Shown: positions 9,519 to 18,618 of the stretch, one piece after another
How positions within the stretch are numbered: position 1 is the first letter of the stretch
How the letters are laid out: each line of letters opens with the position of its first letter
Made by a program: the position numbers and the translations under genes
Source of the DNA: a virus
Lineage: Duplodnaviria > Caudoviricetes
IMG/VR virus record: IMGVR_UViG_3300049436_000041
Coordinates: 1 to 41,787 of that record
Length of the DNA stretch: 41,787 nt
Strand: one strand, 5' to 3'
The notes under the pieces: generated by a model
Databases searched by the model: none
Seen by the model: the letters and a program-made list of their open reading frames with translations, nothing else
What the model was told of the DNA's origin: nothing

Positions 9519-10025
9519 CTATTCCTGCTTGTTGTTAGCTACGTGCCGCACTGCTGTGGCATAGCTTACTTTTCGGCCTTCCTTTGCTTCCGCGTCAATG
9601 TAGGCCTGGGCCTGCTTCGCCAGCTGCTTTGAATCCGGCGCGCTTTCCTGGGCCGCTGCATTATCCGCAGGCGCTGCCGGTGCGGGCTTAGGTGCATCTG
9701 CCGCCAGATCCGCGCCCACCTGGATTATTTTGGATTTTTCCGCAGCCAGCACGCGGGCCGCTGCTTCATTTCCAGTGGTTTTGCCATCATTCACCATTTC
9801 TGCCACCAGCTTTTCATGGCCGGGCATATTGGTGTTTTGAACTGCCAGAATTCTGGCGCGTTCATTGGTGGCTGATTCCTGGCGCGCTGCCGCCAGTTGG
9901 GTTTCTACTTCTGCCATGGCTTCAGCTTTTGCGCCTGCCTTAGTCTGTGCTATCGCATTTTCTATGGCCACATCCACTTCAGCCTGGCTTTTGCATTCCA
10001 CGCCCAAAATTAAAACCTTATCCAT
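9519..10025 (-). CDS. nested scaffold protein (Nu3-like internal start)
   Basis: Strong internal GGAGGT RBS (10035-10040) 9 nt before an in-frame ATG at 10025, right after the protease domain and a Pro-rich linker. Confidence 0.6.
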   Translation of the reverse strand: MDKVLILGVECKSQAEVDVAIENAIAQTKAGAKAEAMAEVETQLAAARQESATNERARILAVQNTNMPGHEKLVAEMVNDGKTTGNEAAARVLAAEKSKIIQVGADLAADAPKPAPAAPADNAAAQESAPDSKQLAKQAQAYIDAEAKEGRKVSYATAVRHVANNKQE

Positions 10026-10928
10026 GCTCTTATTACCTCCATTTGAAGTGGGCGCGGATGCGCCCGGTTTTCTGGCCGGTGCCTTTTCTTCATTCAGCAT
10101 GGCAATAGCGCCAGCCAGGCTTTTAATTCCATCCGCCAGGCCTGCAGCCACTGCTTTCTGCCCTATGAATAATCGGCCATCGGCCATATTTTTTAAAACC
10201 GTATCCACATCTGTGCCACGGTTTAATGCAATATCGTTCACAAAAATGCTATACAGCGTGTCCACTGTATCCTGTATGCTGGCCGCGCCTTCCAGCGTCA
10301 ATGGCGCATGTTCGCTGGCAATTCTCTTATATTTGCCTGCTGTGATTTCTGTCACCTTGTAGCCTTCTTTGGCTTCGTATTGGCTCCAGTCCACATGCTC
10401 TGCAATCACTCCGATACTGCCTGCAGTGCTGGTTATATCGGCCAGAAATATTTTAGAAGCGCCGCTGGCAATCCAATAGGCTGCACTTGCTCCCATGCCA
10501 TCAATTACTGCAATAATGGGCAGGCTCATGCGATCACGCGCGGCCCGGATGGCCTGCGCCGCCGCCTGGGTGCCATCCACGCTGCCGCCAGGTGAGTCAA
10601 TCAGCAGAATGATGCCTTTTGTCATTTCCGGGTCAGCTTCTGCCTGCGCCAGATCCCGCTGCAGCAGCTGCGTGGAAACGCCGCCAGATATCCGGCTGAA
10701 TAGATTCATCCGTTTTGATATAACCCCTTCCACGGGTAGAATGGCCACGCCATTTTCAATGGTGTAACCCTTTGCGGTATTATCAAATTTTTTGCCCGCT
10801 GCCGCTTCAATTGCCGCCAGGTCTGCATGCTCACCATGCGCATGCCGCCCGTATATGCTAATCATTTCGGCTAGGCGTGTGGGAATGATGGCCCAGGGTG
10901 CTGAAAGCAAATCAATTATACCTTGCAT
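9519..10928 (-). CDS. S49 family (SppA-like) prohead protease fused to scaffold
   Basis: IDSPGGSV, GMGASAAYWIAS, GSIGV and TAGKYK motifs, followed by an Ala-rich coiled C-terminal scaffold region. Confidence 0.92.
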   Translation of the reverse strand: MQGIIDLLSAPWAIIPTRLAEMISIYGRHAHGEHADLAAIEAAAGKKFDNTAKGYTIENGVAILPVEGVISKRMNLFSRISGGVSTQLLQRDLAQAEADPEMTKGIILLIDSPGGSVDGTQAAAQAIRAARDRMSLPIIAVIDGMGASAAYWIASGASKIFLADITSTAGSIGVIAEHVDWSQYEAKEGYKVTEITAGKYKRIASEHAPLTLEGAASIQDTVDTLYSIFVNDIALNRGTDVDTVLKNMADGRLFIGQKAVAAGLADGIKSLAGAIAMLNEEKAPARKPGASAPTSNGGNKSMDKVLILGVECKSQAEVDVAIENAIAQTKAGAKAEAMAEVETQLAAARQESATNERARILAVQNTNMPGHEKLVAEMVNDGKTTGNEAAARVLAAEKSKIIQVGADLAADAPKPAPAAPADNAAAQESAPDSKQLAKQAQAYIDAEAKEGRKVSYATAVRHVANNKQE

Positions 10929-12677
10929 TTATTGCCCCTTTCCGGGTGCTAAATCTTCCCTGTCACCCGTTTCCGTATCATCGCCATCTGGCTCTGCATT
11001 CTGCTTTTCATCCGGCGCACCTGCGGGTGCACTTGCGCCAGGCGCACCTGGTGTGCCTTCAGTTTCTAGGCCATCGCGCAGGCGCATTTGCTTTTCACGC
11101 ACCTGCTGTGCGTGCACATCTTCCCAGTTCTGCCCGGTTAATTCCATGGTTTCACGCTGCCTACTGCTAACCCCTAATTCTATTCTGGCGTTTGCCGCCC
11201 GCACTTCCTTTTCCGGGTCGATGCTGCCGGGTGCATCGCCAATCCATTCAGTGCCCAGGTAGGCCTGGCGCACCACAGGGTTTGCGAAGTATCCCGGCGC
11301 TGGTATTCTGCCGCTGGCCACTGCTTCATCCAGCCAGGCTTCATATATCGGCTGGCAGAAAAAGTCTGCAAGCCAGGTGCGCCGCCCGTTATAAAAGCGC
11401 CAGGCTTCCAGCAGGGCTGCCCTGGCGGCTGAATAGCTGGCCACAAACTGCTTTACCAGAATTTCATAAGGCAGGCCCAGCGCGCCGCCGATCTGCCGCA
11501 GAATAGACTGCACAAAGCCATCAAAGGCTGTATTGGGCCTTTTAGGGTCTGCAAACTGCACCTTGTCACCGTCTGCCAGATCCACAATCAAGCCCGCGCC
11601 CATTTGCAATGGCTTATTAGGATCATTTGCGCTGGTGGAAGCGCCAGCACTGGGAACAATACCAGCCTGGGCCGCAGCAGCGGATGCCGTTAGGTTAAGG
11701 CCTTCGCCCGTTGGCGTTTCTACAAAAACCGTGAAAAGCCCGGAAACTACAGCTGCAGTCAGTTCTGCTTCCGTATATTTCCCCAGCTGGTGCAAGCTCT
11801 CGATCACAGGTGCCAGAAATGGCACACCCCTGGTTTGATCTGGCCGCAGCCTGTCGTATAGATGCAGCACATTTCTGCGCCCGGTTTTTTCTCCAAAAGC
11901 GGCATATCGGTCTGCTTGCCATTTTCCAAACCCCTGCACGCTGCCCGGATGCTGTCGCAAAATGTGATAAGCCACGGGTGCGCCGTAATCGTCTTTTTCT
12001 ACTCCAGCCCACACGGAAAAACCCGTGGATAGTTTGCTGCCATCGCGCATTCCCCTTGCAGGGTTTGCGATTCTATCCGCTTCAATCACTTGAATTCTGG
12101 TTTTATATGGCCATCCTGGCACTGCCTGCATTGGCAGCAGTGCAAAACAGTCACCAGATTCAAGCGCGCTGCGGAATACAAGCGCCTGCAATCCATAAAA
12201 GTTTTGCGTGCGCGTAATGTCACAATTGGCGCTTTCTGCAAATAATCGCCATTCGCTTTCTGTATTTTCTTTCCACTGGGCCACCTGTTCAGGATTCCAG
12301 CCCAGCGTGCGTGCATTAGGCCGCGCCTGCAAGCTTAGGCCTTTGCCCACCACTGCCTGGCAAGTGGTGCCTATTGCGCTGATTGCCAGCGGATGATTGC
12401 GCATCATATCCCGGCAGCGGTCACGCAACATGGGAATATCAGGCAGCTGGGCTGCATCGGCATCACTTTGCGAAGCAAACCAGCCACCCGTCACACGTCT
12501 ATCAAGGCGCGCGCCGTTGTATCCGCCGCGCCCTGATTGCATCAGGGAATCTGCAATAGCCATCATTGCGCGTGCGCGCATCCTGGCTGCGCCCTTAACA
12601 GGCGATAAGTAATTTATAACGCGGTCTGGAATTGTAGGCCGCATGGCTTTGGTAATTTCCGCGTTCAATATTGTCAT
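10929..12677 (-). CDS. portal protein, lambda family
   Basis: RDRCRDMMRN, HLYDRLRPDQTRGVP, SYSAARAALLE and IDPEKEV motifs. Likely start 12677 in an ATGA overlap with the gpW-like gene. Confidence 0.95.
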   Translation of the reverse strand: MTILNAEITKAMRPTIPDRVINYLSPVKGAARMRARAMMAIADSLMQSGRGGYNGARLDRRVTGGWFASQSDADAAQLPDIPMLRDRCRDMMRNHPLAISAIGTTCQAVVGKGLSLQARPNARTLGWNPEQVAQWKENTESEWRLFAESANCDITRTQNFYGLQALVFRSALESGDCFALLPMQAVPGWPYKTRIQVIEADRIANPARGMRDGSKLSTGFSVWAGVEKDDYGAPVAYHILRQHPGSVQGFGKWQADRYAAFGEKTGRRNVLHLYDRLRPDQTRGVPFLAPVIESLHQLGKYTEAELTAAVVSGLFTVFVETPTGEGLNLTASAAAAQAGIVPSAGASTSANDPNKPLQMGAGLIVDLADGDKVQFADPKRPNTAFDGFVQSILRQIGGALGLPYEILVKQFVASYSAARAALLEAWRFYNGRRTWLADFFCQPIYEAWLDEAVASGRIPAPGYFANPVVRQAYLGTEWIGDAPGSIDPEKEVRAANARIELGVSSRQRETMELTGQNWEDVHAQQVREKQMRLRDGLETEGTPGAPGASAPAGAPDEKQNAEPDGDDTETGDREDLAPGKGQ

Positions 12678-12898
12678 TCTGCTATCACTCCACGCACACG
12701 CGGGCCGCCACCCCTGCCCAGCCTTATGCACCATTTTTGCCAGTAGTCAATATTGGCGCGGATTTCAGCCCGATCTGCTAGAACATAGGTGCGGCCCTGC
12801 ACGGTATACTGTCCATCAGGCCGCGCCGCCAGTTGCAAATCAAGATTCAGCCATTCCTGCAAATGCTGTTCTGCCTGTTCTTTTGTTATTCCGCTCAT
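12674..12898 (-). CDS. head-tail joining / head completion protein (gpW-position)
   Basis: 74 aa. GQYTVQGRTYVLADRAEIRANIDYWQ pattern, located between TerL and portal. Confidence 0.75.
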   Translation of the reverse strand: MSGITKEQAEQHLQEWLNLDLQLAARPDGQYTVQGRTYVLADRAEIRANIDYWQKWCIRLGRGGGPRVRGVIAE

Positions 12899-12978
12899 GT
12901 TGCGCATAATAAACCCAGGTGGCAAAGTTTGCCCATGTACTATTTTTTAGAACTGTGGCAAATGTGCCTGGAAATTTG

Positions 12979-13027
12979 AAAAGGCCCGGCGCGCGGGCCG
13001 CGTTTAAACGCGCCCGGCGCGGGCTTT
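12979..13027 (-). terminator. terminator / compound inverted repeat after terL
   Basis: Minus-strand GGCCCG-cgcgc-CGGGCC-TTTT hairpin, next to the palindrome CGCGTTTAAACGCG. Confidence 0.6.
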
Positions 13028-13045
13028 GTGAAATTGTGCTGCAGT

Positions 13046-15169
13046 TTATATTTTTATTCCCTGATTCAATATTTTGTGCCCCTGGCGGCCCTGTGGCTGG
13101 CTGGAAATTAAATTCCCCTTGCCGGTTTCCATCACAAGCTGCTGCAGTTTATCCATATTGCGGAAAGTCATAGGGTCTATAAAATTCTGCAGAATAAAAA
13201 GCGCACCATGCGCATATACGGTTAAATCCAGCGCTTCATTTCTGCCATGCACGGAAACATAAACCCGTTTTAAGCGCCTGGTGCGCTTATCTCGCACAGT
13301 GATTTTCTGTTCACTGGTAAGCTGGCGCATATATTCTTCCGTGGTTTCCTCTGGCAGGTGAATGTATCCGGGCTTAGGGCCGCCATCCAGCGCAGGCGGA
13401 ATGCGCAGCCTGGAATAAATCCTATCTTTTGCGGATACTGTGGCAATATCCCATAGGCGGATATGGTGCCGCTTTGCCGTTCCTTCCTTTGCCAGGCCGG
13501 GCTTGCTCAAATACTCCACACCCTTGCAGGCATAAACCCTGCGGGCCGATATCTGGCGCGGCAGAACGTATTCATAAACCGCATCGGTTTGATCTCCAGA
13601 ATCTACCAGGCATATGGCTGGCCGCAGCATTGCGCCGCCTTCGTGCCGCCATTCCCTTAAAAAGAATTTATCCAATTCTGCCCATACGCTTATGCCGGTT
13701 TCCGGGTCGATAATTGCCCCGGCATCACCCCAAAAAACTTCGTGCGCAATTAGCCAAGATTCCTCACCAGGCCCAAACCCGGTAATCTGTGCCTCTATGC
13801 GCCCGCCGCCGCCGCTCTGCACATCGGCAGTGCCCACAAGCAGGCAGCAGCGTTCAGGGATTAAATGCACCTGCCATGGCCCGGTGCTGGTAGTAGGCGA
13901 AAGCGGGTATTTTTCCAGGCGCTGCGCCAGCATATTTTCATCAAGCTTTTCGCCCGCGCCTTCATCCCAGGTTTCACCCAGGCGCAAATTAACAAATGCT
14001 TTTAATTTTTCCGGGTTGTCTGTGGCCTCAAACCATTCATTTGCAAGTGCACTCCATACTGTGCTTTTCCATGGTGAATAAAGCGCGTTTATGTGAAAGC
14101 CCCTGATTTTATAGCCTTCCATATCCCTGCGGCCCGGAAAGCGCGCGCGCCAGGTTCCTGCATCCAGCATTTTTTGCTTATACTTTTCATCAATACCTTT
14201 GCCGCACTGGGCACAGTGATAGCGGATGCTGCCCTGAATAGGCGCGCCTTTTTCGTCCTTTTCCCACATAAGCCTATATGCACCCGTGCCGAAAATTTTC
14301 TGGTATTGGTGCACATCATCCGGGTTTAAAAAATCGCCCATATCACGCCAAACCAGCGGCTGGCGGAATTCGCAAAAAGGGCAGGGCACCCAATAATAAT
14401 TTTGGTCACTGCGCAGAAAATCATTATCCACCTGCGAAACCCCTTTGGGCTTTGCTGGTGTGCTGCCTTTTAATATTTTTGCATCCTCATATGAATCCGT
14501 GCGCCGCGTGGCTATATCAATCGGGCTGCCTTCCCCTTCGCAGTCCTGTTCATAACCGTCAATTTCATCCATTATCAATATTCTTATTTGGTCGCTGCGC
14601 AGGCTTTTTGCACTTCCGGCTGATGCAAACCTTAAAAATCCTCCATCGAATTCTTTCAGCAGCAGAGTATTTCCGGCGCGCCGGGCCGTGGCAGGCTGTA
14701 TTTTTTTTGCCAGGGCTTCACAGTCTGCAATCAGTGGTGCCATTCTTTTTTTGCTATATTCTTCAGCGGCTTTTGTGCTGCCCTGCACAAATAAAATAGG
14801 GCTGGGGTCTGCATCAATGAAATAACCTGCCACGGCATTAAGCATCGCAGACCACCCCACCTGCGTGCTTTTTCTAAAAATAACCTCGCGCACCTGTGGA
14901 TCACGCAAGGCATCAAAAATTTCACGCTGATAGGATTCTGTGCGCCATGGGCCGGGCCTGCTACTTGTGCCCTTTCTTAGTATTATGTTTTTTTCCGCCC
15001 ATTCGCTTAGGCTTTGATCTGGTGGCGGATTCCACAGCAGGAATATTTCTTTTTCTTTTTGGAATAGGCCGTTTGATAGCTCCCAGGTTACTGGATGCGC
15101 CTGCAGGATCTGCTGCGCCAGCATGCCCGGCAGGTTTTCCTGCGTCATTCTTTCCGCTTTCAGTTTCAT
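13046..15169 (-). CDS. terminase large subunit, lambda GpA family
   Basis: PGPWRT, KSTQVG (Walker A variant), ILIMDEID (Walker B), GSTP, zinc-binding CPFC/CAQC, and RNEALDLTVYA. Start is uncertain (15169, 15148 or 15124). Confidence 0.95.
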   Translation of the reverse strand: MKLKAERMTQENLPGMLAQQILQAHPVTWELSNGLFQKEKEIFLLWNPPPDQSLSEWAEKNIILRKGTSSRPGPWRTESYQREIFDALRDPQVREVIFRKSTQVGWSAMLNAVAGYFIDADPSPILFVQGSTKAAEEYSKKRMAPLIADCEALAKKIQPATARRAGNTLLLKEFDGGFLRFASAGSAKSLRSDQIRILIMDEIDGYEQDCEGEGSPIDIATRRTDSYEDAKILKGSTPAKPKGVSQVDNDFLRSDQNYYWVPCPFCEFRQPLVWRDMGDFLNPDDVHQYQKIFGTGAYRLMWEKDEKGAPIQGSIRYHCAQCGKGIDEKYKQKMLDAGTWRARFPGRRDMEGYKIRGFHINALYSPWKSTVWSALANEWFEATDNPEKLKAFVNLRLGETWDEGAGEKLDENMLAQRLEKYPLSPTTSTGPWQVHLIPERCCLLVGTADVQSGGGGRIEAQITGFGPGEESWLIAHEVFWGDAGAIIDPETGISVWAELDKFFLREWRHEGGAMLRPAICLVDSGDQTDAVYEYVLPRQISARRVYACKGVEYLSKPGLAKEGTAKRHHIRLWDIATVSAKDRIYSRLRIPPALDGGPKPGYIHLPEETTEEYMRQLTSEQKITVRDKRTRRLKRVYVSVHGRNEALDLTVYAHGALFILQNFIDPMTFRNMDKLQQLVMETGKGNLISSQPQGRQGHKILNQGIKI

Positions 15170-15656
15170 TTTCGGTTACCTTTTCGGGTGCCACACCAGG
15201 TGCCTGTGCCAAATGTTCACAAAGCTGCCGGTGCCGCTCATGCAATTTTGTTTTTATTTCAAGCCTATCCAGGCCCTCCAGCTGTGGCGCGATCTGCGCG
15301 GCCAGCGCCAGGATATTCTGGCGCACCGTGAAAAATGCTGCGGTAAGATGCCGGGCAAAAACCTCCATAGGTATTAATTGCCCGCGCCTTTCTGCCAGTT
15401 CAAGTTCCTTTAAGTCTGCAGTGGCGCGCTGCACGCGGGTTTGTTCTTTTTCCAGCAGGCTGGCTTCCCCTGCATCCTCAATATCTTTGCGCAATTTTTG
15501 GCCATACCAGCGCCAGCAGGCCAGCAAATCATATTTGCCGTGGCCTTCCCTGGGCATTCCATCTTCCACCAGGCGCTGGATAGTGCGCACACTGCAATCA
15601 AACTCCGTTGCAATGCGTTCCACGTCCACGATTAATTCCGGCTGCTTATTTGTCAT
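14961..15656 (-). CDS. terminase small subunit, Nu1-like
   Basis: N-terminal wHTH (IATEFDCSVRTIQRLVEDGMP...YDLLACWRWY) and coiled coil ADLKELELAERRGQLIP. Directly upstream of terL. Confidence 0.88.
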   Translation of the reverse strand: MTNKQPELIVDVERIATEFDCSVRTIQRLVEDGMPREGHGKYDLLACWRWYGQKLRKDIEDAGEASLLEKEQTRVQRATADLKELELAERRGQLIPMEVFARHLTAAFFTVRQNILALAAQIAPQLEGLDRLEIKTKLHERHRQLCEHLAQAPGVAPEKVTENETESGKNDAGKPAGHAGAADPAGASSNLGAIKRPIPKRKRNIPAVESATRSKPKRMGGKKHNTKKGHK

Positions 15657-15705
15657 AAAAACGTCAGCGACACGGTTTTAAAACCTCTTTACGTAACAAA
15701 AAGGC

Positions 15706-15749
15706 CGCGCTCGCCGTCACCCGCGTTCTATATCCTGCTGGAAGTACCT
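15706..15749 (-). other. candidate lambda-like cos site (cosQ- and cosN-like)
   Basis: Minus strand AGGTACT-N21-GGTGACGGCGAG, with the 12-mer flanked on both sides by CGCG, about 50 nt upstream of terS. Resembles lambda GGGTCCT...GGGCGGCGACCT. Confidence 0.55.
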
Positions 15750-15901
15750 ACCATCATCCTGGCCATAGGGTATGCCTTGCTATAGCCTGGCTGGTTTGCC
15801 CACAGAATCATTGCCATAAGTTATTCCATTCATTCATCATGGCTGCCATATTAACCCTGGGGTGCGCCCTTTGCCTATGTCTTATTTAATCAAACTGCCG
15901 C

Positions 15902-15932
15902 ATTATATACAAAAGGGGTGCCCGGTATGCAA
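15902..15932 (-). promoter_or_regulatory. possible sigma-70 promoter for the packaging operon
   Basis: TTGCAT-N19-TATAAT upstream of cos/terS. The spacer is non-optimal and it overlaps a hairpin. Confidence 0.3.
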
Positions 15933-15948
15933 TCACCTGGCACCCCTT
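15911..15948 (-). terminator. intrinsic terminator at the end of the accessory operon
   Basis: AAGGGGTGCC...GGCACCCCTT stem running into TTTT on the minus strand. Confidence 0.55.
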
Positions 15949-16011
15949 GCCATTGTCGTTTTAGTTCCTGCTGTCGTTTCACTGTAAAGCAGCAGCAGGA
16001 AAGAATGCCAT

Positions 16012-16368
16012 CTAGTGTGGCGTTTTAGTGCTCGGTGCCATCATGTTCACTTCAATCTGAATGCCAAGCTTCACAGCCATTTCACGCACAGCGCTTTCCA
16101 TATCACCAGGCGCAGGAAAAAACTGTGCCACGGCAGACATTAAAGCCAGGTAGCCTTCCATTAACTGCTTTGCTTTATCATCCGGCAGCATTGGCACAGG
16201 TGGAATACAAGGCCCCATAGTGCTGGGCACCAGAAGCGATTCAAACCAGAAAGCGCTTTGCATTGTAGTTATAAACATCAATAGGCTCAAAAGCTTTGCC
16301 CTTTGAAAATCATCAGCATTCATAGGCTGGCCATCATTAGAGTGTGCTTTTATGAAACCTTTCATCAT
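16012..16368 (-). CDS. hypothetical protein with hydrophobic segment
   Basis: Likely start MMKGF at 16368 after a GGGGGG RBS, just past the stop of the upstream gene. Confidence 0.6.
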   Translation of the reverse strand: MMKGFIKAHSNDGQPMNADDFQRAKLLSLLMFITTMQSAFWFESLLVPSTMGPCIPPVPMLPDDKAKQLMEGYLALMSAVAQFFPAPGDMESAVREMAVKLGIQIEVNMMAPSTKTPH

Positions 16369-16375
16369 TCCCCCC

Positions 16376-18151
16376 TTAATATTCAGTGCTGCAAAACATA
16401 ACAGGAAAGGCCGTGCCGCATGCAATCAGCCTAATCAATTCTTCATTGAACGTGCGCTTTATGCGCGCGCCTTCCGGGTCTGTGCATTCATCAAGAATAG
16501 AAAGCCTGTTCATAGTTTCTTTTCCCACCTGGTGTGGTTCGTCAATATATTCATCATATTCCGCTTTGCGTAAAGCATCCGTGGCCTTTTCCTTTGGCGT
16601 GCCCACTTGCCCTAGATAGAATTCTATGGCTTCCTGCAGGCTGGCCGCTGCCACCCAATCACAATCGTTAAGCTTAAATACTTTGATGGCGCTTTCACAG
16701 CCAGGCGTGGCTGGCGTGCACTCCAATAAGCTGCAGCCATTAGGGCAGCCCTGCACTGGCTTGCATGGGGCATCATCTGCTTGCACCTGGCGCGCCACTT
16801 CATCCGGGCCGGGTGCTGCTGCAATCAGATCCTTGCCGCCCGGCGCTGCCTTCAGATTGCCTTCAGTTATTCCCAGGCTGCCATCCTCTGCTGCGGCATT
16901 GGCCATTTTTTCAATGAACATATTCAAAGGCGTGGCACCCGTTTCTGATTCATCATTCATGGCCCGGATAACATCCTTTGCAAATTGCACAGGGTCAGAT
17001 ACGGTAAAATCCTTGTGAAAATCGCCCGTGGCATCATCGTGCACCTGGTTTCCTTCTGCTTCCTCGAAGCAATACGCCAGCCTTTCAATGCCCATGCTAA
17101 TAACCAGGCAGGCGTGCTGCAGGGCCACCTGCAATGGCGCATCAGCATTGCTTGTGGGCTGCAATTTGCTGGCGCTGTACTGCTTGGCCTGCGCTTCATT
17201 TTCTAACAGGGTAATTTTAAACTGGCCGGGCAAATCTATTTCCAGTGGTGTATCTGCACCAGGCGCGGGCAGGCTGGCAGGATCTGCTGGCAATTCCACT
17301 GCAGCACCAGGCTGTGGCACTTCAGTTTCTGCCGGGCCTTCCAGTGAATCTGGCGGAATAGAAAGCAGCGCGCGCCGTTCATCCTGGCTTAGTTTCACAT
17401 ATGCAAACCCAGGGGTGCACTGGGTGCACTCATGGCCACAGGCCAGCGCACAGCCTGGCACATCTGGCGCTGGGCATTCAGCATTGACGCGCCCTGCCAG
17501 CACTTCAGGTGGCCTGCTCAATACGTTTCCTATTGGATCAAAAGTTAATGGTGCGCTGCGGATAGCGTCCGGGCAAAACCCCAGCTTATCCTTTGCTTTG
17601 TTTCGCTGCTGCCAATAGGTTAGGCTTTTTGATTCAATCCTATCCACTTCCGCCTGGTAGGCTTCCCACAGATCCACGCCGCAGGCTGCCGCAGCTGCTA
17701 ACAGTGTGGTGAAAGCGCCGCCCAGTTCCTTGAAAGGTTCACCGCGTTCCTTTGAAAAAACAAACTGCACCAGTGAATGGCACTTTTCCTGGGCCACGCC
17801 GCAGGCCTGCGCCAGTTCTATAACTTCCTCCAGGTGCCTGAAGGCTCTATGCTCCGGGCTTTCAGCCTGGCTGGCCCCAAACGTGGCAGCCACCCATTGC
17901 GCCATTTCTTTCTGTGGCATCCTGAATTCACGATTAATGGCCAGCTGCACCAGCTGTGCCAGGCTTTTCTGCAGGCCCGCGCCGCGCTTAGGATGCGCCA
18001 GCACAAAGCCCTGCGCGCCTGCTATGTTAATCAGTTCATCTACCAGGTCACGCACTTCCGCTGCAATAACTCCAGCCATCCTGGCTGCTTCTATGCTTAT
18101 GTGCTCCGGTGTTACATTAGGGCTATCTATTTTCATTTGCATTTCCTCCAT
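16376..18151 (-). CDS. mosaic multi-domain protein including a MazG-like (all-alpha NTP-PPase) domain
   Basis: RAFRHLEEVIELAQA...KELGGAFTTL motif, Pro/Ala linkers, two Cys-rich segments, and a distinct C-terminal domain (VFKLNDCDWVAA...FCSTEY). Confidence 0.6.
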   Translation of the reverse strand: MEEMQMKIDSPNVTPEHISIEAARMAGVIAAEVRDLVDELINIAGAQGFVLAHPKRGAGLQKSLAQLVQLAINREFRMPQKEMAQWVAATFGASQAESPEHRAFRHLEEVIELAQACGVAQEKCHSLVQFVFSKERGEPFKELGGAFTTLLAAAAACGVDLWEAYQAEVDRIESKSLTYWQQRNKAKDKLGFCPDAIRSAPLTFDPIGNVLSRPPEVLAGRVNAECPAPDVPGCALACGHECTQCTPGFAYVKLSQDERRALLSIPPDSLEGPAETEVPQPGAAVELPADPASLPAPGADTPLEIDLPGQFKITLLENEAQAKQYSASKLQPTSNADAPLQVALQHACLVISMGIERLAYCFEEAEGNQVHDDATGDFHKDFTVSDPVQFAKDVIRAMNDESETGATPLNMFIEKMANAAAEDGSLGITEGNLKAAPGGKDLIAAAPGPDEVARQVQADDAPCKPVQGCPNGCSLLECTPATPGCESAIKVFKLNDCDWVAAASLQEAIEFYLGQVGTPKEKATDALRKAEYDEYIDEPHQVGKETMNRLSILDECTDPEGARIKRTFNEELIRLIACGTAFPVMFCSTEY

Positions 18152-18605
18152 AAATTATGAATGCCATCGTATTTTCAATAAATACGCGGGTATCAGCATG
18201 CAGCAGCATCCTGCCCTTGTTTTCTGAATACCAGCGCTCTATGTCAAGGAATCCACTTTTAACCATGCCCGTGGTTATCCAATCCAGCACCATTTCCCTG
18301 GCGCAGGATTCCGGCATGCGTAATGGCCTGTTTGTGCTTTTGTTTCCTTCAAACGCCAGCAGCCAATATTCCCAGTGGTGCGGGTTTCTGCGCTGGTGCC
18401 TTATCAATGAATAATTGAATTTTTCCAGTTTGCACTTTCCCACCTTGCCATAAAAATAGGTGCTGTAATTAATCCATTCCGATGGAAGGAATTTTGATAC
18501 ATCATGCAGCAGCGCGCGGATAAGGCCCACCTTTGCATATTTGCGATATTTTAAAACCAGCCATTTATGCCGCAAAACATACTTTAAATAATCCCAGTTT
18601 TTCAC
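18123..18605 (-). CDS. HD-like metal-binding protein (DUF5662-like)
   Basis: RHKWLV...LLHDVSKF...HQRRNPHHWEYW...EMVLDW pattern. Confidence 0.7.
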   Translation of the reverse strand: MKNWDYLKYVLRHKWLVLKYRKYAKVGLIRALLHDVSKFLPSEWINYSTYFYGKVGKCKLEKFNYSLIRHQRRNPHHWEYWLLAFEGNKSTNRPLRMPESCAREMVLDWITTGMVKSGFLDIERWYSENKGRMLLHADTRVFIENTMAFIIYGGNANENR

Positions 18606-18618
18606 GCGGAAACCCCCT

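Noticed and set aside
15750-16010. tRNA or structured ncRNA in the intergenic region before terS
   Set aside because: Only simple terminator-like hairpins are present, with no cloverleaf or T-loop motif that I can support.
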